Counted from the first letter of the stretch, positions 12,527 to 25,897 are shown. The stretch is DNA of 64,000 nucleotides from Octopus vulgaris (GCA_951406725.2 OX597831.1:45136001-45200000); one strand, 5' to 3'. Translations and numbers: made by a program. Notes: generated by a model from the letters alone, not told the origin.

Positions 12527-13259
12527 GTTTGTACTTGCTATGCTAGTGCTTGCTAAGTTGTGGCACTTACTGAAATGTCACTTGTTGAGTTTTGCTTGCA
12601 GTGTTAGGGTGTCATCGGTAATGTGAAACTAAATGATGGAATAAGTCTATTATCCAAGTCAGCCATGGCAGGATTCAAACTCAGAATGACAAAAATCCAG
12701 AACAAATACAAAAATATATCTTGCCCAACATTTTTACATTTGCACCTATCCTCCACTCTAAATTGGTACCTTTTCATCGACCCAAAAAAGGATGGCAGGC
12801 AAAGGTGACCTTGGCAAGATTTGAACTCGGGGTGTAGAGAATCAGAAATGCTGTGAGATATTCAATCCAACATTGTAATGACTGCCAATTCATTACCTTC
12901 CAGCCTGAGATTGAATTAATTGATTTTGTAATTAATCTAAACAATCTTGTACCAAATGACCCTGTCTTTCTTGGCCTTAATTTATGAATGATTAATTAAC
13001 TTACTATGAGTACTAACGAACTTGTAGTTCTTGTAGTAAGTCCAGTGTGTTTACATTTTCTCCTTCCCAATTCTTTCTTGTGTTGGTAGGCATGGCTGTG
13101 TGGGTTTTTTAGGTACAGTTTTGTTGTCTGGCACCTTGAGCAAATATCTTCAGCTATAGCCTCAAGCCAACCAAGACCTTGTGAGTGAATTTGCCAGATG
13201 GAAACTGAAAGAAGCTAACTGTATGTATATTATACACATGTGTGTGTGTTGGTGCATGT

Positions 13260-13560
13260 TTTATTGAATGTTTCCAGAAAGAAATGAGGGTAAAAAACCA
13301 CAATTAAAGTCAGAGTACTAAATGAACAGAAACTCTTACAGATCTAACCAAACATTATTTGGTATATACATTTGAGAATTGAAAAATAAATCTATTCAAT
13401 TTCTACTTTGGCAAGAGAATCTTTAAAAATAGCAAAATTGTATTCAGCGAACTTGAAACCATGCAAACTCTGCACCAAAGAAAACTTAGAAATATTCTTT
13501 GCTAATGTTCTTCATTAGAATAAACATTCGGATCACTTTGTATCATGCATGCACACATGA
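13260..13560 (+). mobile_element. Penelope-like element GIY-YIG C-terminal relic
   Basis: Translates as YI*ELKNKSIQFLLW / KIAKLYSANLKPCKLCTKENLEIFF...*NKHSDHFVSCMH, resembling the PLE motif YIW.LK...W.I...CxLCxxEK...LN.R.E...CxH. Confidence 0.65.
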
Positions 13561-14539
13561 AATGCCCCTACTGCTAATTAATGTTTAGTTTATTCTTTAT
13601 TATAAACAAATCTTGATATATCATCAACCTTAATTATTTCTGGGTCTTTATCGTTTATTTTTTCCTTATTCTTCTCTACCGCTTTGAACTCTGCTTTCTT
13701 ATAACCCAAAATGTGGGTATAACGGACTACTTTTTATTATACACTGAACTTCATCTCCATTCCTAACTTTATTACACAAAATATCGACCTATCATCTACC
13801 TTATACTATCCTAATTATTTTTGTTCTCTTTGATCAATTATTTACATATTTTGCATTTATCTCTTTTATATCTTATTCCTCCCATTTTTCTCTTTCATAC
13901 TCTTATCTCTGCATTACTATAAAAATACCTACATACATATGCATATATGTATGTATGTAATATATATATTTACGTGTACGTGTGCATGCATGTGTGCTCG
14001 TGTAAGTATGTATTTATGTATTTATATATTTATACATATATATATATGCGGGTGTGTGTGTGTGTATTACCAAATAATTAATGATCTCCTAATTATTCTC
14101 TGGCTCTACCTTAGCTACTAATATTCTCTCATTATCAGGTATTGGCAAATACCTTTGCTTTTTCCTCAAGGTCCATTATTCTTCCTGTCTTTTCATGCCT
14201 TTGCTATTGTTGATGCTGTTTATTGATGTTCTTTTACACTTTAATTGTCTAATTGTTAATATCTATTGATTTGATGAGCATTATTCTTGATTTACTCGTT
14301 AAATTGTTTCTCAATTTAATTTTTATAATAGGAAATAATTGTTGCAATTTTCCCCATTTTGATTGTCTAATTATTAATATTTATTTACTTATTGTCAATC
14401 CTCATTTATTTTTACATTGTTTCTCTGATTTTTGCACAATTAGGATTTTATTTCTTTTTATCAATTTCAAATTGAATTCAAACTCATTTAAAGTTCCAAC
14501 AATTCTTGGAATTCTTCCTCATTTAAAGTTCCCACAATT

Positions 14540-14980
14540 TTCACTAAGTATTGGTTTGAAATTTTGGCACAAGGCCAGCAAGTTAAGGAGAGGGCGCAAG
14601 TTGTTTACATCGACCCCAGTGTTGAAGTAGTTCTTGTTTTATCAACCTTGAAAGGATGAATGTCAAAATCGACCTCGGTGGCATTTGAACTCAGAACATA
14701 AAGACAGATGAAATGGTGTTAAGCCCTTTGTCCCTCATGCTAACATCTCTGCCAGCTTGCTGCCTTATTTTCACTAAATTTTGACTAGATTTTGACACAA
14801 GGTCCGCAATATCGGGGTAGAGGTCTAAATCAATTACATCGACTCCAGTTTTCACTGGTACCTGTTCTATCAATCCCGAAAGAACAAAAGGTAAAGTTGA
14901 CCTCAGAACGTTAAGGCAGATGAAATTCTGCTAAGCCTTTTGCCACGCATGCTAATGTTTCTGCTAGCTTGCTACCTTAT
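14540..14980 (-). mobile_element. SINE family B, two tandem copies
   Basis: Repeated GAGGTCGACTTTG..TTTCATCCTTTC.GGGT.GATAAA central block. Confidence 0.8.
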
Positions 14981-14994
14981 TTCCACTAAACATC

Positions 14995-15485
14995 AAAGGC
15001 CAAATTTTCATGCCTATTCTCACCTATGGTCATGAATGTTGGGTAATGACCAAAAGGGTAAAATTGCAAATGCAAGCAACTGAAATAGGGTTCCTGTGCA
15101 GGATCTCTTGAGTACTGTTACTCAACAGAGTGCATAGCTTGGAATCAGTGAATCTCTCCTGGTTAAGCTGTTTCTTCTTCACATTTGAAGGTAACAGCTC
15201 TGGTATTACGGATATTTGATTAAAATGTCACAGAAAAGAATTACTAGGCAGATTCTTCAAGCCAAGCCAACTGGCAGGAGACCTGGAAGTAGCCCAAGGG
15301 CAAGAAGATTGGATAGCATCCATAGTCTCAGTTAGTTGTGCTTGGGAATTCAGCTGGAAAGTCTAACGGTGGTTGCTTCTATTAGCGCCCTATGGAAGAG
15401 GTGCCTTAGGATTCTACTTCTACAGCTCTCCTAGGAATTGTTGTGTTGCAAGACAGTGTGTGAGAGAGAAGATGGAGGGATGGAT
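14995..15485 (+). mobile_element. Decayed RTE-clade (Expander/Rex3-like) 3' fragment
   Basis: ILTYGHECWVMTKRVKLQMQATEIGFL...; ends in a GATGG repeat tail. Confidence 0.7.
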
Positions 15486-15711
15486 GAAAATTACTATTGC
15501 TATTTCTACCATTTTAATTGTATCAATATTTATTGCCATTTCTGATTTAGTTTTCGTTGTTTTTTTCTGATTTTCTGTTCAATTAGAATTTTTCTCATGA
15601 TCTATCAATGTACAAACCCGTGGAATTATTCATTCCTCATTTAAAGTTTCAACAATTTTCTCTATATATCGAAAGCTTTTATAAATATCCACTTTAAATA
15701 CCATATATATA

Positions 15712-15761
<50 letters not shown>

Positions 15762-16659
15762 GGAGAAAGAGAGAGAGAGAGGAAAAGAGAGAGAAAAGGT
15801 TGAGTTCTATTTCATACTTTACTTTGGCGGGTTCCAAAGGTCAATTTCTAATAAAGATTCTTCATATTTCATTGGTATCTTACTGTTGTAAGAATTTTGC
15901 AAATATGAAAATGCTACAAGTATAAGGTGTGCTACGAGAATTTATAGAACAAGTATCCTATAGAAACTCAACAAACCGTTAAAGATGGAGAAGGGAAAAT
16001 GTTAAAAATTTGAAAAGAATTTAATTCATGCATACGATTGTTTCAAACAGCAATATTAATATGTAAATAACATGGTAGAAAAAATTAGAAATTAATTTAA
16101 TTAAAATTAAATTAATTACATATTACTGTTCTCCTCAGTGCAAAAACAGAATACAACAAAAAAATAATATTATTATTGTTACAGAAGGCTTGATGGAGTG
16201 AGAATCACATAACTTATTCGGATATACATATTATCCTTATGAAAGATTAAAGCATGCTAAGATAGTATTGTTGAGTCTAGTTGTGTATGAACTAAAACTG
16301 ATGCAGCTGATGGTTATTTGAAAACATAAGTGAAAGATATTTAAGAAACATTCCCTCTATATAAAAATAAGTAATTAAGTGATATACACTCCATATAAAG
16401 CATTTATCATGAGAAGTAAAATATAATATATATAAGCATCCAATGGGACAGCATAGCTATATTTAAATTAATATTTGATTTGACAGTTATAAATGATATA
16501 TATGAAATATTAAATATGGTATGTATTTAAAGAAATTATTTTAAAAAAGAGAATTTCTTGTGCAAGAATAAGAAATAGAAACTAGTTAATATAGTTTTAT
16601 TTAAGCTACTTTAATTCCAAATGGAAAAAATATATGGAGTATGTATATATATATATATA

Positions 16660-16890
16660 TTTCTTTACTACCCACAAAGGGCTAAACACAGAGGGGACAA
16701 ACAAGGACAGACAAAGGGATTAAGTCGATTACATCGATCCCAGTGCGTAACTGGTACTTAATTTATTGACCCCGAAAGGATGAAAGGCAAAGTCGACCTC
16801 GGCGGAATTTGAACTCAGAACGCAACGACAGACGAAATATGGCTACGAATTTCGACCGGCGTGCTAACGTTTCTGCCAGCTCGCCGCCTT
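16660..16890 (-). mobile_element. SINE family B, full copy
   Basis: GGCGGCGAGCTGGCAGAAACGTTAGC head, TTCTGAGTTCAAATTCC B-box-like motif, Meta/Sauria-like central block, TTGTGGGTAGTAAAGAAAT tail. Confidence 0.88.
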
Positions 16891-16964
16891 TATATATATA
16901 TATATACACACACATACACACACAGACAGATATAATATATATGTGTGTGTGTGTGTGTGTGTGT

Positions 16965-17485
16965 AAATTAGATAGAGAGATTCATTTGACAATCTAATAA
17001 TTTATTTATATTATAATATAACATAATATAGTATGAACAAGATATAACATAAGATAACAAAAAATTATTAAAAAACCCAAAAGAGCCAACAATTTGTTTC
17101 GACTTATATACATTATTTGGTTTATAAACAATTCATATCCATATATATAAGTCTCTTCAGAGCTTTGGTTTAAAAGACAAATGAAATTGTGTGAAAGGAC
17201 AGCTGGATTGTAAAAAAATTCATGGATATGAATTGTTTATAAATCAAGTAATGTATATGTCAAAACAAAATGCTGGCTCTTTTGGTTTTATTATAATTTT
17301 TTAATGTTATATTATAATCATGGTATATTATGTTATATCATAATATAGATAAATCTCTTTATTTAATTTATTGCTTGTAATTTGCGTTATACCTCTATTT
17401 ATGTAGTATTCAACTCACGTACCAGTAAATTGGATGTTTTACACACCCCTTGAAGGAATTCCTTTCCTTAGTTTGTTACTTTTTT
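16965..17485. mobile_element. Fold-back Penelope-like element with extended hammerhead
   Basis: Imperfect inverted arms at about 16965-17143 and 17221-17370, plus a one-sided extension to a (TA)n tract. - strand 17164-17085: AGCT CTGAAGA GACTTATATA...TATATAAGTC GAAACAAATTGTT GGCT. Confidence 0.65.
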
Positions 17486-17666
17486 ATATATATTTATGCA
17501 TGTATATGTATATATATGTACGTATGTATGTATGTATATGTATGTGTATATACATATGTATATATGTATGTGTATATATATATATGTATATACATATGTA
17601 TATATGTATGTGTATACCTATATATATATATATGTATATGTATATATATATATGTATGTATGTATG

Positions 17667-17718
<52 letters not shown>

Positions 17719-18449
17719 TGTATGTATGTATGTATGTATGTATGTATGTATATGGCAAATGAAAGACGGAAGATGGAATATACAAGAATTTATTATTAAT
17801 CATGACAATTATTATATATATATATCTTTATATCTATGTGTGTGTGTGCCTTTGTGTTTGTTTGTCCACCACAACTGCTTGACAACTGATGTTGATTTGT
17901 TGTCATTGCTGTAACTTAGCAGCTCAGCAAAAGTAACAAATAGAATAAGTACCATGTTTGAAAGATTTAAGTACTGCAGTTGTGTCATTTGATGAAAACC
18001 CTTCCAAGATAACGTCTCAGCAAATCCGCAATCCAATGACAGAACCAAGTGAGAGATAAAAATTAAATAAATAAATATTATGCATGAATGATTATAAAAA
18101 ATTTCTGATTTAATCATTTAATGGTTTAGTTGTTTATTTGTTCTTATGATAATTAGCCATGATTTTAATTGTATAATGATAATACATCCGTTCATTTGTT
18201 AATTAACTTGAATATAAAAGCTTCTTCCTGATTTAACAGTTGAATGTTAATTATCCAGTGAGCTGATAGATTGATTAATTACCATGCCAGTTATTTATGT
18301 CTTTGGGTTCAATGCTGACCAAGGTCAGCTTTATCTTTTGTCATTTCTGGGTTGATAATATAAATATTAGTTGAATACTAGGGTTCGTGTAATCAACTTC
18401 CCCTCCCTTCAAAATTGCTAATTTTGTGTTAAACTTAAAAACAATTATC

Positions 18450-19345
18450 CAATGGATAATAGGAAAAACAAAGGAAGAAGTACGAAAAGGACATGAGAAG
18501 AATTACACAATAAAGGATTGCACAATCAATTCCATGTAGCCACAACAGAAGTTGCTGGGGAAAATGGATGGGATCGGCTGAAGAAAGAACACTTAAAAGA
18601 GGAAACTGAGAGCACTATACTGGCAGCGCAAGACCAAGCTTTGGCCGTGACCTGGTAGGTCAACCTTAGGAATAAGCAAGTGTCTCCACTGTGCCACATC
18701 TGTAATAGAGTGGATGAAACCATTGCTCATAACACGAATGCCCTAGACTTGCCCAAAACCACAAGTTATGGCAACATGATCAGGTAACGAAAGTGCTACA
18801 TTGGAAACTGTGTGAAAAGTGGGGTCTAGAGAAAGGCAAGGCGTGGTATGAGTACAAACTGCAGAGAGTGGTGGAGTCAGGGACTAGCAAAATCCTCTGG
18901 GATTTCCCAATCTAAACAGATCAGGTGTTAGAGCATAACAGACCGGACCTGGTGGTGTTGGACAAGGTGCACCACATGTGCTATATAGTTGATGTTGCAT
19001 GCCCCTTTGAGTCACAAATAATCAAGAAGAAAGGTGAAAAAATAGATAAATACAACCCTCTTAAGTACAAAATAACTCGGCTATGGAAAATGAAGAAGGT
19101 GAAAATAGTGCCAATTATTGTTGGGTCCTTGGGGACAGTATCAGACGGCATCAAGAGGAATATAAAAGAAATTGGAACAGAGTGCCCAGTAGATTTTCCT
19201 CCTTGGCATGGCCCGAATAATCAAAAAAGTATTGGATGACTGAAAGGAACAGATAGCATGAAACCATAGGCTGCAGGTAGCAAGTCTGTTATGCATGCAA
19301 GATTCCAAGAGTTCCGACAAAACTTGTGATAAAAAGAAAGAAAAG
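18450..19345 (+). mobile_element. R4/Dong-like non-LTR retrotransposon 3' part (restriction-like endonuclease)
   Basis: LKEETESTILAAQDQAL, CHICNRVDETIAH, KILWDFPI*TD, HNRPDLVVLDK...IVDVACP...EKIDKY...VPIIVGSLG; contains stops and frameshifts; ends next to a (GAT)n tract. Confidence 0.85.
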
Positions 19346-19611
19346 TAATGACGATGATGATGATGATGATGATGATGACGATGACGACGATGATGATGAG
19401 GAGGAGGAGGAAGAGGAGGCTGCACCTGCAAGGTCATGCGCTGTTTATCTTGATATGAGATCACCATATCATACACATTTGGTTGTGATGCATGTGTCTG
19501 GTGTACCCTTATCAGACGGAAGCCATGAAGGGTATACTGGGCTTCGTATAGTTGTACCCCAGTGTTAGTTTGATGGCATGCTCTTTCACTCAATAATGAT
19601 AATAATAATAA

Positions 19612-20460
19612 TCCTTTCTACTAAAGGCACAATGCCTGAAATTTTGAAGGAGGAGACTAGTCAATTACATCGACACCAGTGTTTCACTGGTACTTAATTT
19701 ATCGACTCCAAAAGGATGAAAGGCAAAGTCAACCTTAGCAGAATTTGAACTCAGATCATGCAGATGGACAAAAAGCCACTAAGCATTTAGCCCAGAATGC
19801 TAACGATTCTGCCAGCTCATTGCCTTTACCAATAATAATAATAATAATCCTTTCTACTAAAAGGCACAAGGCCTGAAATTTTGAGGGAAGAGACTAGTCG
19901 ATTACATTGACTCCAGTGTTTCACTGGTACTTAATTTATTGACTCCGAAAGGATGAAAGGCAAAATTGACCTTGGCGGACTTTGAACTCAGAACATAAGG
20001 ACAAATGAAATGCCTCTGAGTGGCTGTGTAGTAAGTAGCTTGCTTACCAACCACATGGTTCCGGGTTCAGTCCCACTGCATGGCATGTTGGGCAAGTGTC
20101 TTCTACCATAGCCTCAGGACGACAAAAGCCTTGTGAGTGGATTTGATAGACAGAAACTGAAAGAAGCCTGTTGTATATATATATATATGTACGTATATGT
20201 TTGTGTGTCTGTGTTTGTTCCCCCCAACATCGCTTGACAACCGATGCTGGTGTGTTTACGTCCCCGTAACTTAGCAGTTCGGCAAGAGAGCCCGATAGAA
20301 TAAGTACTAGGCTTACAAAGAATAAGTCCTGGGGTCGATTTGCTTGACTAAAGGCAGTGCTCCAGCATGGCCGCAGTCAAATGACTGAAAGAAATAAAAG
20401 AATAAAAGAAAGCATTTCACCTGGCGTGCTAACAATTGTGCTCTCTTGCCACCTTGACCA
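19612..20460 (-). mobile_element. Two tandem SINE B copies in (AAT)n; the second is interrupted by a + strand SINE A (20017-20410)
   Basis: The SINE B sequence breaks at about 20014 and resumes at 20411. Confidence 0.85.
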
Positions 20461-20877
20461 ATAATAATAATAGTAACTCACTTAAGGACTATTGGCTACT
20501 TCCACTTATTTATTTAATCATTCATTTATTTATTTATTTACTTATGCACCAGTTTTATCTCCTAATACTATTATAAAACATTTTGTGAACTGACAATACC
20601 TTATCAGCTCATTCTCTTTATTCTGTGTCATGCAGTAAACATGTAGTTATTTTTTCCTCTCTTCTCAGATGCCAATAACATTTCATCATTCACACTTCCT
20701 CATATATATTTTTTTTCGCTCCCCTCCTATAACTAACCACTAATCTTCTCCTGTTCACCTCATCCTATCTCTAACACCACTCCTGCTCTGTCCAACCACC
20801 ACACACCAAAACTCCAACACATTTTGACAAAGGACTAGCCTTCTATGAATCATATTTACATGTGTGTTTATGTATAT

Positions 20878-21245
20878 TCTTTTATTCTTTTATTTGTTTC
20901 TGTCATTTGACTGTGACCATGCTGGAGCACTGCCTTTAGTTGACCAAATCAACTAGTGCTTATTCTATCGGTCTCTTTTTGCTGAACCACGAAGTTACGG
21001 GGACATAAACATCAATTGTCAAGTGATGGTGGGGAGACAAACACAGACACACAAACAAATACATATATATATGTATATATACAACAGGCTTCTTTCAGTT
21101 TCTGTCTACCAAATCCACTCACAAGGATTTGGTTGGCTTGAGGTTATAGTAGAATACATTTGCCCAAGGTGTCACGCAATGAGACTGAACCTGAAACCAT
21201 GTGGTTGGTAAGCAAGCTACTTACCACACAACCATTCCTGTGCCT
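20878..21245 (-). mobile_element. SINE family A
   Basis: Family match, with an internal deletion. Confidence 0.85.
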
Positions 21246-21255
21246 ATATGTATAA

Positions 21256-21505
21256 TACAATTATAAATAAGGGCAAAAGAAAAAATTTTCTTTGCTAATA
21301 TACTGAAAAATGGATGCTCAATCGTCTAAGCACATAAGATATTTTCACTGATGTGGTTAGATGATTTAGCATCTATTTTTCAGCATATTGGAAAAGAAAA
21401 TCTTTTCTTTTGCCCTTATTTATAATTGTATTTATAATTTTCACCTCAAAAGGTATTTTTCATCTGCTGGCCATGGATGAAAAAATTTTGTCCTTATATT
21501 ATATG
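21256..21505. repeat. Inverted repeat with one-sided extension (Penelope pLTR-like architecture)
   Basis: ATACAATTATAAATAAGGGCAAAAGAAAA...(21256-21340) inverts to ...TTTTCTTTTGCCCTTATTTATAATTGTAT (21350-21431); no hammerhead core seen. Confidence 0.7.
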
Positions 21506-21540
<35 letters not shown>

Positions 21541-21809
21541 ATAGAAATATTAAAATTACTAAGTCTCTCTAAAAGAGAACAACGGCAGCGTTCCCGGAAA
21601 ATAATATGGATACAGTTTGTGTATCAAATAGCTAACTTAAGGCGATGGCCTCATGGAGCTAATAACCGGACAGCTTTATTCTTATTTTTATAAGAATGCC
21701 ATATTAGTATGGCGATAACTATTATATATATGTATGTATGTATATATGTATACATATATTTATATATATATATTTATACACATACATATACACACGCACA
21801 CACACATAT

Positions 21810-21885
<76 letters not shown>

Positions 21886-22079
21886 GCATATATACATATA
21901 TATGTATAGAGTGTTTGAAGTGGGGTACAGATATTGTATTTTGAGAAAAAGGAGGCAGTCAGAATTTTGGATAATCCTTTATTAGCGCTTTCATTCATTT
22001 ATCAAACTTGTCAAGACAAAATTTATTTAAAGTATATACAAGTGTATGTATATGTGTGTTGTGCATACATATATATATG

Positions 22080-22590
22080 GCCACAGTCATATGACAAGTG
22101 ACTGAGACCTTTGGAAATATGTCGTGCTTGAGAAGAGCTGGCAAGCCAAGTGAGACTGTAGTCATGGCAGATGCCAGTGTTGCATAACTGGCCAGTTTAA
22201 AAGCACCCTTCAATATGTTGTGCTTGAGAAAGCCTGTTGAACTGAGTGAAATCATAGTTGTGGCCAATGCCAGTGTCGCCTGACTGGCACTTGTACACCA
22301 TTCAAGCATGGCTGATGCCAGTGCTGCCTGACTGGCACCTGTGTTGGTGGTAGTAAAAATGCCAGTGCCACCTGACTGGCTCCTGTACCGGTGACTCATA
22401 AAAGCACCCACTACACTCTCTGAGTGGTTGCTATTAGGAGAGGCATCAACCTGTAGAAATCTTGCCAAATCAGATTGGAGCCTGGTCAGCCTGCTGGCTT
22501 GCCAGTTCTCCATGAGACCATTCATCCTATGCCAGCATGGAAGGTGGACATTAAACGACAATGACGATGGTGACGATGATGATGATGATA
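22080..22590 (+). mobile_element. RTE-related 3' UTR with internal tandem units
   Basis: GCCAGTG...ACTGGC units, RTE terminal block and (GAT)n tail; similar copies at 54740-55170 and 57260-57760. Confidence 0.75.
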
Positions 22591-22652
22591 TATATATTAT
22601 AATGAAACCACAAAAAGCCTTGTGGAATTCAACTACCCAGGGGCTCCTGGTC

Positions 22653-22685
<33 letters not shown>

Positions 22686-22686
22686 C

Positions 22687-22720
<34 letters not shown>

Positions 22721-22728
<8 letters not shown>

Positions 22729-23450
22729 AATTATTAGAGAGTTAACCATTATGTGGATAACTATAGTGCTAAAAATAGCCTCGATAGTATAGCCACAGAA
22801 AAGATGTTTCAACTAGAAGTAACATACATTTAACGGAAGGAAAGTGAAATATAACGAATAAATAGATTGACCCTGAACAAATTGTTTCATTACTAATGTA
22901 ATATGTAATTTTACTTACATACACATCTATAAATCATCAGCAGAGGTTTGTCTTAAATACAATTAATTAGACCGACACGAGCGTTAAAAACACGAGCGGT
23001 TTAACGAATTGCATTTTTAGTTATGGCGGGGGAATTTGAGGCATAACTAAAAATGCAATTCATTAAACCGCTCGTGTTTTTAACGCTTGTGTCGGTCTAA
23101 TTAATTGTATTTAAGACAAACCTCTGCTGATGATTTATAGATGTGTATGTAAGTAAAATTACATATTACATTAGTAATGTAACAATTTGTTCAGGGTCAA
23201 TCTATTTATTCGTTATATTTCACTTTCCTTCCGTTAAATGTATGTTACTTCTAGTTGGAAACATCTTTTTCTGTGGCTATACTATTGGGGCTATTTTTAG
23301 CACTAGAGTTATCCACATAGTGGTTAACTCTCTAATAATTTATGTATAAATTTGTATTTTCTCCGTAGTTTTTTGTGCTAAGCCACTCGGTGTTAAATTA
23401 ATGGTATTATTAAATTAATATCAATTTTTCACCCTCATTTATAAATTTAT
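22721..23450. mobile_element. ~305-bp-arm near-perfect palindrome with one-sided extension, inside (TA)n
   Basis: Arms at 22721-23025 and 23042-23348, 16-nt spacer, extension 23349-23450. Confidence 0.9.
22871..22946 (-). ncRNA. Type I hammerhead ribozyme motif with long stem II
   Basis: CTCTG CTGATGA [~45-nt imperfect stem-loop] GAAACAATTTGTT CAGGG. The mirror copy at 23121-23196 has GAAA mutated to GTAA. Confidence 0.65.
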
Positions 23451-23469
23451 ATATATATATATATATATA

Positions 23470-23720
23470 TCATCATCATCATCATCATCATCATTTAGCG
23501 TCCGTTCTCCATGCTAGCATGGGTTGGACGGTTCAACTGGGGTCTGTGAAGCTGGAAGGCTTCATCAGGCCCAGTCAGATCTGGCAGTGTTTCCACGGCT
23601 GGATGCCCTTCCTAACGCCAACCACTCCGTGAGTGTAGTGGGTGCTTTTTACGTGCCACCCGCACAGGTGCCAGACAGAGCTGGCAAACGGCCACAAACA
23701 GATGGTGCTTTTACGTGTCA
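23470..23720 (-). mobile_element. Young RTE 3' end
   Basis: Nearly identical to 50131-50370. Confidence 0.9.
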
Positions 23721-23799
23721 TGTCTATCTGTATCTATCTATTTATCTGTTTATGCATATATATATATATAAATGAATGTATGTGTGTGTGTGTGTGTGT

Positions 23800-24420
23800 G
23801 TATCAGGTTGAGTAAAAAGTAAGCAATGTTTTGAACCATGAAAAATTTGTACCAGATTTATGAAGAGTTTTGAACTTTTTTAAACGTTATTTTGCAATTA
23901 TCTGATAATACAGACTTAGACTTGTCCACATGCATCAACAAATTAACATTGATATTTTTATCATCATTGTTACAATCACCTGAAATAGAACTGTCAAAGC
24001 ATGATATTCGAGCAATTTTGATATTCAACTTAAAAAAAAAGGACGTAAAGCAGCTGAAACTGCTCGCGATATCAATGAAACGTTTGGTGAGGAAATGACC
24101 AGTGAGTGGTCAGCTTGAAAATAGTTTAAACAATTTCACAGTGGAGACCTGAGCCATGAAGATTGTGAGCAAAGTGGATATCCATCTGACATTGAGAAAG
24201 ATCCATGTAAAACCACTTAAGAATTAGCAAAAGAACTTCAAGTCAGCCAGAAAACTGCCTTTGACCATTTGCATGCAATCGGGAAATCAAAACAGCTTGA
24301 CGAATGGGTACCACACAATTTGAATGAATATCAGAAAATGCACAGATATGAAATTTGCTCCTCACTTCTCTGTAACCAGACTGATCCATTTCCTGACCGT
24401 ATTGTGACTTGTGATGGACA
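23800..24420 (+). mobile_element. Decayed mariner, 5' part
   Basis: TATCAGGTTG terminus; KHDIRAILIF helix-turn-helix region; EWVPHNL; DRIVTCD. Confidence 0.85.
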
Positions 24421-24639
24421 TATATATATATATCAATTTGTGTTGCAACTATTAATAGTGCTTTAATACATGTATTGTGACCTTTAAATAATAATATTTA
24501 TCTCTTACCAAAGAGAATTTTCTATCATGAATCAGTACATTATATATGTGTGTGTGTGTATAATATTTATTAAGATGAAACCAGAAAAAGCCTTGTGGAA
24601 TTCTGATACCCAGAAAATATTAGTTATCTCAGCATTTGT

Positions 24640-24870
24640 CAAGCTGTTAATGGCCCTCACAAGCAGTTCATCTCACATCTACTTCTTTCTCGAACACCAA
24701 ATCAGTGTGAGGGACCCTGTCAAAGGCCTTCTCCAGACTGACAAATGCTAAGTATAGGTGTTTGCTCCTAGTTAAACACATTTTTCTGTTGGCACTTCTT
24801 CGTAGTATAAAATGTTGGCACCTCTTCGTAGTATAAAACTGAACTGCACCTCATCCAGCTTAATCCTTTT
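24640..24870 (-). mobile_element. Old RTE reverse transcriptase fragment
   Basis: IKLDEVQFSF...KHLYLAFVSLEKAFDRVP; includes a 26-bp local tandem duplication. Confidence 0.75.
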
Positions 24871-24939
24871 TGTAATCTATTTTGCAATAATTCTTTTGAA
24901 TATTTTCATAACCCATTGTGTGTGTGTATATATGTGTGT

Positions 24940-25137
24940 GACCGCGTGTGTACCGTTGGTGATTTTTTTTCCTCTGTCTTCCCTTCTCTGGATCTTTCCT
25001 TCTCCTATGTTTCCGACGGAGAGCTCCACTCGAAACGTTAAACCCTCCTTCTTCCCTTCCTTCCTGAGCATCTAATAATACTATATTTGTTCCACGTCCT
25101 CGCGTTGTGTTTTCTCTTTGTGTTTTCATGTTTGGAT

Positions 25138-25142
<5 letters not shown>
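24940..25142 (+). mobile_element. Short element ending at (TA)n with variant minimal hammerhead
   Basis: 25009-25043: GTTT CCGACGG AGAGCTCCACTC GAAAC GTT AAAC; same family as 36650-36853. Confidence 0.65.
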
Positions 25143-25175
<33 letters not shown>

Positions 25176-25263
25176 TAATATGTATTTGTGTGTGTATGTG
25201 TATATTTGATTGTATGTAAGTATATTTGTACAGTGCATATTTGTGTATGTGTATGAGTGTAAA

Positions 25264-25298
<35 letters not shown>

Positions 25299-25844
25299 GT
25301 GTGTGTAAATGAATATGTTTTTGTACATATGTGTATATACTTTCTCCTCAACCTGCAAGTATGTGTTGTGTGTGTGCAAACAAATTTTATGTGTCTATGT
25401 AAATGCATGTGCATATGTGTGTGTATACATGTTTTTATCTGTGTGTAGATATGTACATATGCATGTGTACATGTTTATGTGTGTACATGTGTGTGTATGT
25501 GCGTGTACATGTGTGTGTATGTGTGTGTACATGTGTGTGTGTTAGCATGCTGAGTATGGATATGTCTATGATGTTATGTTATTATATCTATGATATATAT
25601 TATACACATGTATATATATACACTCACACACATACACATGTGGCTGCTCATATACACACACACACTGCTTTAGGTGTCCCTGATGACCTGACTTTTATCA
25701 TTATTTCTGATTTGTAGCCTGAGAAAAAAAACCCGAAAATCAACTTTACACTGGCCACTACTTCTGCTCTAACAACTTCAAACCATAAAAAAAACATCAT
25801 CAATTTTATTTCACTACTATCTTCACAGCACTTTGTAGCTAACA

Positions 25845-25854
25845 TTACCATCAC

Positions 25855-25897
<43 letters not shown>

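Noticed and set aside
11739-12626. 295-aa ORF and the many other H/T/Y/I/C/V-rich ORFs (e.g. 29020-29619, 62839-63714)
   Set aside because: Translations of stop-free dinucleotide microsatellites.
21256-21505. Hammerhead in this inverted repeat
   Set aside because: Architecture is similar to the fold-back elements, but no CTGANGA...GAAA core is visible.
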